UHGV virus genome: UHGV-0170242
Strand: one strand, 5' to 3'
DNA: 64,000 nt
Origin: a virus
Shown: positions 58,301 through 64,000 of the stretch, in pieces
Layout of the letters: the number at the start of each line of letters is the position of its first letter
Position numbering within the stretch: the first letter of the stretch is position 1
Translations under genes and position numbers: made by a program
Notes under the pieces: generated by a model
The model's input: only the letters and a program-made list of their open reading frames with translations
The model's database searches: none
What the model was told of the DNA's origin: nothing

Positions 58301-58718
58301 GGATACTACTATTGAGAACGTGTCAGTTACTAACTCGTTGTTGACCTCAATATTAGAAGGCCAAACAGATTTCTTCACAGGGCGATTTGCAGCGTGGAAC
58401 AAGTCCTGGGATGCGTTCTATACACGATGGGTCAATTACTTTGTGGAGCATCAGTATTACAATGAACGGACTGGGCTTGATTATGCGAAGATTCGTGAAC
58501 AAGAGCATTCAGAATCTAATGGTGCAATTTACGCACTAGCCGAAGCCTTCAATAACGGCGTAGCAGATATTTCAGATCCTGCGGTGCAGACCAATGCACT
58601 GCTAAGTAAGATCCTACTTGTATTAAGCAGCATAATGCAGCAGAATGCAGCTCGCGGCGGCACCGCATTAACCGATACGCTCAATGCGTTAGCAATGGGG
58701 TTGACAACTAATCCATAA
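55350..58718 (+). CDS. Tape measure protein
   Basis: 1122 aa, Ala/Gly/Gln-rich helical, GGAAA repeats and hydrophobic segment; follows chaperone genes. Confidence 0.8.
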   Translation: MPDMDPNANVINATASAAEYQATVLAHLSSIENALKNLVSGQATSQSAARDMNNTGAQKDSFARQYDEFFKNRKKPGSKFSSHKGFIDGLEEGLLEGLLGSDFKKDIQKVLKSFSDQIGVDLRDLSNQLGKQLAKQGTDAFKGTELGKQIFSKLSSYKDKATKFATDKAAPKIKSFLEGKINVFDEFGKFAAKDKSGYGKFAKAAGSGLGKVFEGAGSKVGGKFGKILTGTGHIFSQGASTIGASGAAAGGAAAGGAAAGGAASGLAALGPYALVAAAAIVALTAVVKSLGPAIEGTKKLFNEMKKAGDRYKNSRKENLKLEQQRLREDVETIITYPFKILERAAQKAYDAWDQNLRIISATQGYGKADVQNLMAAYAERIRSEGLSDVVNSADITENLSKVLQAGLSGPVAEEFAYIATKLNAAVPTQDFFAYASQYAALVANAQQMGMSQVEAVQQANAAIETYASNILYASRQLTGGVTTGLQNAQRIFQDALRITQASRTGNISQISGTLASVSAVIGAIAPDLAQSLIDLVADAATGGNADQLVALRSLAGVNASNTEFLRQLATNPKSLFVSLFENLGRMQKMSDGAYMEVAEGLSSIFGVSLEALARIDFNYLAQSISQMSVGTAALEENMELLASGQTTLTAEQLKNAQINKYMIDEGLSYVLDNEAARAIQQHMWDEQRKRELMEATYSVELKGAALEFLEGIKQTVSNIVNILNPFAWIGKLVNIAATATEANGHEADIASVLQLGKVGSGTSVSALQQLYNLTTRGRDLNLTPHLVDLLGGHSAYESAHLGTQLWNSIFNNPVATAMDSQQDIWELLTGPATYATLASMLTTVGTGTGSRYAWKDLRKSTSTALTTVLSGGSPMSFENVSTSDTAAQSGAAERLKKMLDTEYIDSFVKSGKGYTEWAATATKFGIRDISKAIEDAGYTQSQIEAFFEQQQTIQGKEEKKQEALDQQDFRDKGRQFWIDQIARMDTTIENVSVTNSLLTSILEGQTDFFTGRFAAWNKSWDAFYTRWVNYFVEHQYYNERTGLDYAKIREQEHSESNGAIYALAEAFNNGVADISDPAVQTNALLSKILLVLSSIMQQNAARGGTALTDTLNALAMGLTTNP

Positions 58719-58757
58719 CACCTTATATATCTACATAGAGACAACCTGGAGGTAGGT

Positions 58758-61520
58758 ATGAACTTTATCACATTTTCCGTAGGCACTACTAACATTTTTC
58801 CAATGGCTAACTCGACCACTGGAGGTCAGTACGCTACAGAATTTAATCTAAGAACACGAGAGTCTGTATGTACACCGCAGAATGTAACATACATGATAGG
58901 TCCGTCGTATGCTCACGGCGAAGCTGATTACAAAGTTACATCCGGTACGCAGCTGGGCAGGGGTAGCAGTATGATAGTTATTCAACCCGGTCGAGCCGTA
59001 GTAAATGGACACTTCGTTCAGAATTTAAGCGAGATGCAGATCGACCTGTCGGCAGCACGCGCTGCTGATCCTACACTTGTAGGAAAGTTGTGTATAGGAC
59101 TTAAAGCGATGTATAGTACTCTGCCCACAATGGCGGGTACACTGGAGACCGAAGACAGCGAACTAATGTACGAAGGCATTCAAGTTGTAGTCCTCCCTGA
59201 AGCCCAGTTCAAGTTACCTGCAGATGTACCAACAGATGAAGATCAAGTTACTGCTCATCTTAAACTTGCAGAGGTTACATTTAGGAATGGGCAGATATCC
59301 AGTATAGTGAATAACTTCCCTGGCAAATGTCAATCCATTGAAGCGTTGCGAGTTGCCGGTCAAGAAGATCAGCTTGCTAACAAATATCTTTCTAAGGCTG
59401 GACTGAATGGTCGTAATCTATATGTGTTCGCAGGCAAGGGCACCGACACCGACTCACAAGGCGTTAAGCATGATACTTGGTGCATAGCTCAAGACTCACT
59501 GATGATATGGGACGCAAGCACTCAGCTGGGAAGAGAAGTGCATGATGATAAAGAGGAAGCTGAATTTGTAGCTAATCCTATAACAGGAAAGATAGATCTG
59601 TATATGCCGCATAAACAGTTGGATTATGGTGTTACCGACACGCACGGAAATCCGCTTTATTATCAGCCAAAGGTTATATCGCTTCCCGGTGCAAATTACA
59701 CTACCGGGACTCCAGGTACAGTTACTCCTGATTTCATTCAAACCATAAAAGATAAATTCACAGAGTTGGGTAGATATCAAGCTGTCCCAGGATCTCAGAT
59801 ACTATACATAGATGAATTGCATAATAGATCTGAGCTTCCGGATCCATTGCCTTCCAGCTATATGCTCAATCCTGGGTCATTTGTATTAGTCGGGCACGAT
59901 TACACGGTAGTAGATGATAATGATACAATATCACCGCCGTCGACAATGTATGTTGTACAACAAGGTGAAGTAACTAATTTAAAATATGAGTATTCGTTCT
60001 ACGCGGAGATTAGTTCTTCTGCTCAACTGCCACTCACCACGGAGCTGCGTTCGGGAATCAAATTAGCTCAGCAATCGTTTGATGCAGATGCAGTAATTCA
60101 CGATCCAGCACCAGGTGCTCCTAACGAGATGTGGAACATAGGTAATGGAGGAGTTTATTACGGGAGTGTAGGCAGGCATGATTATTTAGTATCAGTTACA
60201 ACTCGAGAGATTGGATATCAAACTCCTGAAGGATCTATCTATGAACTCACTCCAGGCATAGCAGATGATAAGGGTGTGTTGATAGTATCAGCAACCGAAT
60301 ACAGCGTGTACGTCGTAGTGAGCGCAGGGGCTTGGTCGTGGACTGACCCCATATGGGTAACCGCACAGATGCCGCTTGCAACTGAGCAAGCTGTGGGAGG
60401 TTTTCTGAATGTGCCTAGTGATGCGTTGGACAGTGGTTATGTTTACCGAGATGCTACGGGTCATCTTAGGCTGCTAGATTATGAGCTGTTGCGAACAGGT
60501 ACATTAGCGTACCGGCTAAGTGAAGATATTACGCTTACTGGACTAACAATGGAGGCGCTTCAATCTGAATTAGATGACCGAGTCAATGAGCGAGTTGCGT
60601 TCCCAACTAATGCTCAAATGAACATTCGAGCGAAGTATGGGTTGAACCCCAGTGTAATAGAATTAACTGTTGAACTGGTAGACGATGAAACTGCAGACAC
60701 TGTTTACATTCGGGGCATCGACAGCCGATTCGGTACATCAGTTAACTTACATATATCCGGCACAGCTACTTCGGCTACTACGCTAGTAATAACTAATTGT
60801 GAGAAAATTCGAATTGATAACAACATATCAGGTTCTCCCACTATCAAATTAGTCAACTGCGGATTGTGTTATGATTCCGTTATACTTGATAAGATCAGTG
60901 TAATCAGTGGACTTTCACTCTGGTATGAACCGATGGATTCGCGTGTCGTTTCTAGCATTTCCGTAGATGGATTGACAGTCACTGCTCGGAGTCCTCAAGT
61001 TATTCCTGAGGAGCTCGATTTTTGGTCTGTGGAAAACCCGAACGATAATCATTATGGATATGCCCTACGTAGCATAACATTCGACGCAACTGGGCAACTC
61101 ATTGGAGCTTCGATAATGATTCGTAATAACAGCACCTACAATGTAGACCCAGGAATGTCGATATATGTTTCTGATTTTAGATTGCCTCAAGGAGTTGATC
61201 TTACTTATCCGAAATCTAAAATAAGTAAGCAGTTACGAATCGACGGGACTTTTGTATCGGCTTACTGGTCAACATTAGATAGACAATATATACTAACTAC
61301 CACATCATTCTCGGCAGTGTCTCAAACATATGAAGCAACTATTGTCGAGGGAGGATTAGAGTACACCGAACATCTAGGTACAATTTCACTGTTCTCTAAC
61401 ACCGTAGTTACTTCTAATGTATCTGGCAAGATAAATGACACTACGTTTGTGATGGGATCAGATATTGACGGATGGGCGCCTGATAGTTTCCACGTGTTTG
61501 ACGGAGGTATCGTATCATGA
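58758..61520 (+). CDS. Large tail/baseplate structural protein
   Basis: 920 aa beta-rich; IQPGRAVVNGHFV; CACCTTATAT motif at 58719. Confidence 0.55.
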   Translation: MNFITFSVGTTNIFPMANSTTGGQYATEFNLRTRESVCTPQNVTYMIGPSYAHGEADYKVTSGTQLGRGSSMIVIQPGRAVVNGHFVQNLSEMQIDLSAARAADPTLVGKLCIGLKAMYSTLPTMAGTLETEDSELMYEGIQVVVLPEAQFKLPADVPTDEDQVTAHLKLAEVTFRNGQISSIVNNFPGKCQSIEALRVAGQEDQLANKYLSKAGLNGRNLYVFAGKGTDTDSQGVKHDTWCIAQDSLMIWDASTQLGREVHDDKEEAEFVANPITGKIDLYMPHKQLDYGVTDTHGNPLYYQPKVISLPGANYTTGTPGTVTPDFIQTIKDKFTELGRYQAVPGSQILYIDELHNRSELPDPLPSSYMLNPGSFVLVGHDYTVVDDNDTISPPSTMYVVQQGEVTNLKYEYSFYAEISSSAQLPLTTELRSGIKLAQQSFDADAVIHDPAPGAPNEMWNIGNGGVYYGSVGRHDYLVSVTTREIGYQTPEGSIYELTPGIADDKGVLIVSATEYSVYVVVSAGAWSWTDPIWVTAQMPLATEQAVGGFLNVPSDALDSGYVYRDATGHLRLLDYELLRTGTLAYRLSEDITLTGLTMEALQSELDDRVNERVAFPTNAQMNIRAKYGLNPSVIELTVELVDDETADTVYIRGIDSRFGTSVNLHISGTATSATTLVITNCEKIRIDNNISGSPTIKLVNCGLCYDSVILDKISVISGLSLWYEPMDSRVVSSISVDGLTVTARSPQVIPEELDFWSVENPNDNHYGYALRSITFDATGQLIGASIMIRNNSTYNVDPGMSIYVSDFRLPQGVDLTYPKSKISKQLRIDGTFVSAYWSTLDRQYILTTTSFSAVSQTYEATIVEGGLEYTEHLGTISLFSNTVVTSNVSGKINDTTFVMGSDIDGWAPDSFHVFDGGIVS

Positions 61521-62077
61521 TGATTCATGATATCATAAAAATAAATTTGAGTCGTGGGGGTTATCTTCCGGATTACCCTCCTCATCTGATTTCTGATGAG
61601 GAAATGTGTCACGCATTTATTTCGCATAAGGGCACCAATCGCGGCATCATAGACTGGTTCCATAGTAACTATCCTGTTCCGGAACGGTTTGTTATCGGCA
61701 CGACCACAGATGCAGATCCGCATAAGGTGTATTCCGACGATGCATATCATGCGCTAGAAACTGAAATATATGATACTATCCAAGAATTCATAGCTGACAC
61801 TAATCCAGATAAGGAGCTACCCGATTGGATATATGCATACATGATGGGAGTTGTAGTCGGGCCATACAGTGATGTGGAAGATCGGCATAACATGCTCGCG
61901 CTCATGGGCCTAGATAATAAGGACGATGAGCTAACTCCGGAAGTGTATAGAGCCTGCTATCGGGTGAGTAAACTATGGTTGAGTAAATCTAATTCAACTG
62001 ATCGACATCCTCATGTACCTACAATATACATTGAACCACATGTAGTAAAATACTATCGTCTGCGAGCAGATATGTAA
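61517..62077 (+). CDS. Hypothetical protein
   Basis: 186-aa coupled ORF. Confidence 0.6.
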   Translation: MMIHDIIKINLSRGGYLPDYPPHLISDEEMCHAFISHKGTNRGIIDWFHSNYPVPERFVIGTTTDADPHKVYSDDAYHALETEIYDTIQEFIADTNPDKELPDWIYAYMMGVVVGPYSDVEDRHNMLALMGLDNKDDELTPEVYRACYRVSKLWLSKSNSTDRHPHVPTIYIEPHVVKYYRLRADM

Positions 62078-62089
62078 AGGAGATAATCT

Positions 62090-63112
62090 GTGTACCTTAA
62101 AATACCAGACAACATGACGTTATCACAGTTAAGTAATCGTGTATCGCACGATAACGTGGCCCAAATACTCGCAGCTAATGGCGTGTCATGGGGGCCTAAC
62201 ATTGGACAAGCGTTCGAAGAAAAATGTAATTCAGTGATACAGTCATCTGTACCTACTCGATCTATGCCGAAGGGGGTCAGCTGGGAGCAGCAATATAACT
62301 TATTAAACAAGTTGACTCAAGATTTCGACGTGTTTGAATACGCGTGTTCGATGGGGGACGCCGCTTGGCAGGTCTTCGCATCACTTAACACATTCCCTGG
62401 CATGTTGCGCATACCTGATACGGTAAGCATTGCATCCGGTAATGATGTACTAGGTGACGGAAATCCGGTCCCGCAGTCCATATATAACGCAGTTATGAAT
62501 GACTTGACTACTAATCATGCAATAACTGATCTAAGTGTTTTCAACAATTACAGCAGCGTAGGGGCCGGGCAATCATACGTTTATAGCGATCCGGGAACTT
62601 CGTTGTTTGAATCGTTCAACATTCCTTGGGGTGATGTGACACTATGGTCATCTATTTCAAATACGGCTATCGACTTTCCGGTCTACCCAGAATCATTTGA
62701 CGATGGAACTCAAGCAGAGTATAACACTATGCCTGATATGATCTACCAGTATGAGCAGTGGTATGTATACAAGAGTTCCGGTCCTAGAGCACCTAAGTTC
62801 AGTTTTCATTTTCATCGTGATATGTGGACTGGAGACCATCGAGATGGCAAGGCTAATGAGTTAATCAGGTTCTGCGAAGCTCAGTGCTATCCAGATTATA
62901 GAGGTTCTACAGTTGTAGCTCCTACGGTATCGTTGTTTATCGGAGGCCGCAGACTTATTACAGGCGTTGTAACGTCAGTGAATACGTCATGGTCGGGCCC
63001 GATTGGGTTAGATGGATTCTATCTAGAATGCACCTTAGATATTTCAATAACTGAAGTTTCACCAGAACCGCTGAATTATCAAACAGTACTTACTAAACCA
63101 CTTATAGGGTGA
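62090..63112 (+). CDS. Tail tube initiator / baseplate hub-like protein with LysM-like N-terminus
   Basis: TLSQLS...ILAAN N-terminus; YKSSGPR..FSFHF, CYPDY...PTVSLFIG..ITGVVTSVNTSW tube-like fold. Confidence 0.6.
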   Translation: MYLKIPDNMTLSQLSNRVSHDNVAQILAANGVSWGPNIGQAFEEKCNSVIQSSVPTRSMPKGVSWEQQYNLLNKLTQDFDVFEYACSMGDAAWQVFASLNTFPGMLRIPDTVSIASGNDVLGDGNPVPQSIYNAVMNDLTTNHAITDLSVFNNYSSVGAGQSYVYSDPGTSLFESFNIPWGDVTLWSSISNTAIDFPVYPESFDDGTQAEYNTMPDMIYQYEQWYVYKSSGPRAPKFSFHFHRDMWTGDHRDGKANELIRFCEAQCYPDYRGSTVVAPTVSLFIGGRRLITGVVTSVNTSWSGPIGLDGFYLECTLDISITEVSPEPLNYQTVLTKPLIG

Positions 63113-63116
63113 TACT

Positions 63117-63542
63117 ATGCAATTTTATGATACGCTTCGGCCTTACAAAACAATAGAATACAAAGGTGTTCAATATACAGTGTGTCGCGATTACTCCCAC
63201 ATATCACGACATAGGTGCTTACGCCAAGTGGTGTTCATGCCTTCAGAAATCAATCGATTCATCGCATTAGAAACGCCTAACGCAATAGTTTCAACCAAGT
63301 TGCCTGTCAAGTACCATATTGTCACAGCAACGGAAGAGAACCGATTAGACTTGATATCGTATAAGGAGCTAGGTTCAACAAGTTATGCGTGGGTAATAGC
63401 TTACATAAATAAGATAATGGACGGATATACAGTGCATGAAGGACAACGATTGACAGTTCCGCTGAATATTACGTCGCTGTTTAGTAAGGGCGAGATGCTT
63501 GCTCCGGTGAGCCCCTCAGTCCTTAATCTCGGATCGGAGTGA
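63117..63542 (+). CDS. Baseplate wedge LysM protein (T4 gp53-like)
   Basis: NRLDLISYKELGSTSYAWVIAYIN...GQRLTVP. Confidence 0.75.
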   Translation: MQFYDTLRPYKTIEYKGVQYTVCRDYSHISRHRCLRQVVFMPSEINRFIALETPNAIVSTKLPVKYHIVTATEENRLDLISYKELGSTSYAWVIAYINKIMDGYTVHEGQRLTVPLNITSLFSKGEMLAPVSPSVLNLGSE

Positions 63543-63598
63543 TGTGCAGTGAAAAAGCAACCTTGGGTATCATTTGAACTTGCAGGAGGAACATATCT

Positions 63599-64000
63599 AT
63601 GATAATCACTAAGGAATATATAGCTGAACTAAATCCAGATCTACCTATTGACGCTGAAGAGTGGCGTCCAATCGTTGGATACACTGGATTGTTAGTTTCT
63701 AATTATGGAAACATCAAAAGGCTTGCGACTTCTATCAGTTATTTTCGTAAGGATATAAATCGACAGATCACACGGAATATGCCAGAGAAGATATATTCGG
63801 TAAATCCGTCTTATGAAGGGTATCTATGTTCGGTAGTAGGTGATAACGTGAACTTAACTAATCATCGTCAAGTTGCGCTAGCGTTTGTACCTAATCCGAA
63901 TCCTGATCTACTCACCGAAGTAGATCACATTGACAACAATTCGAGCAATCCATATTATAGAAACTTACAATGGCTGAGTCCCAAACAGAATAGAGATAAG
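63599..64000 (+). CDS. NUMOD4-HNH homing endonuclease (runs off the window end; not in ORF track)
   Basis: AGGAGG RBS; EEWRPIVGY..LVSNYGNIKR, HRQVALAFVPNP...EVDHIDNN...NLQW. Confidence 0.88.
   Translation, partial: MIITKEYIAELNPDLPIDAEEWRPIVGYTGLLVSNYGNIKRLATSISYFRKDINRQITRNMPEKIYSVNPSYEGYLCSVVGDNVNLTNHRQVALAFVPNPNPDLLTEVDHIDNNSSNPYYRNLQWLSPKQNRDK

Noticed and set aside
1..64000. Stop-codon reassignment
   Set aside because: Conserved genes are full length in the standard code; all breaks are explained by introns, the PolA split or single indels

Overview
64 kb of a large contractile-tailed (myovirus-type) phage genome, almost all on the + strand; sigmaA-type promoters, strong AGGAGG RBSs and a GH25 lysin suggest a Firmicutes/Clostridia host (inference). 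Order: AT-rich tract, seven 24-bp palindromic repeats (putative origin) and a structured non-coding region; a replication/recombination module (helicase loader-like, DnaB, DnaG, sigma-like factor, SSB, PolA, beta-clamp, gamma/delta/delta'-like clamp loader, Cas4-like nuclease, RecA, resolvase) with 7-deazaguanine-pathway-like genes; packaging/neck genes (TerL, a LigA-like protein lacking its catalytic motif, portal); tail sheath; an 11 kb accessory insert; intron-interrupted tail tube; a prophage-type small-gene array; early genes; tail chaperone, tape measure and baseplate genes; and a truncated NUMOD4-HNH gene. Highlights: PolA is encoded as two polypeptides split inside a degenerate Hint-like insert, with a dNTP diphosphohydrolase gene between the halves and two group I introns in motifs A and B; a third group I intron sits in the tail tube gene; four paralogues share a Mom-like GNAT domain, three fused to Vsr/Hef-like nucleases; two phage-specific promoter-like motifs recur; and there is a candidate UUU_CGU +1 frameshift. 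No major capsid gene, tRNA or CRISPR array was seen. All family calls are from motif recognition by eye, not database searches.
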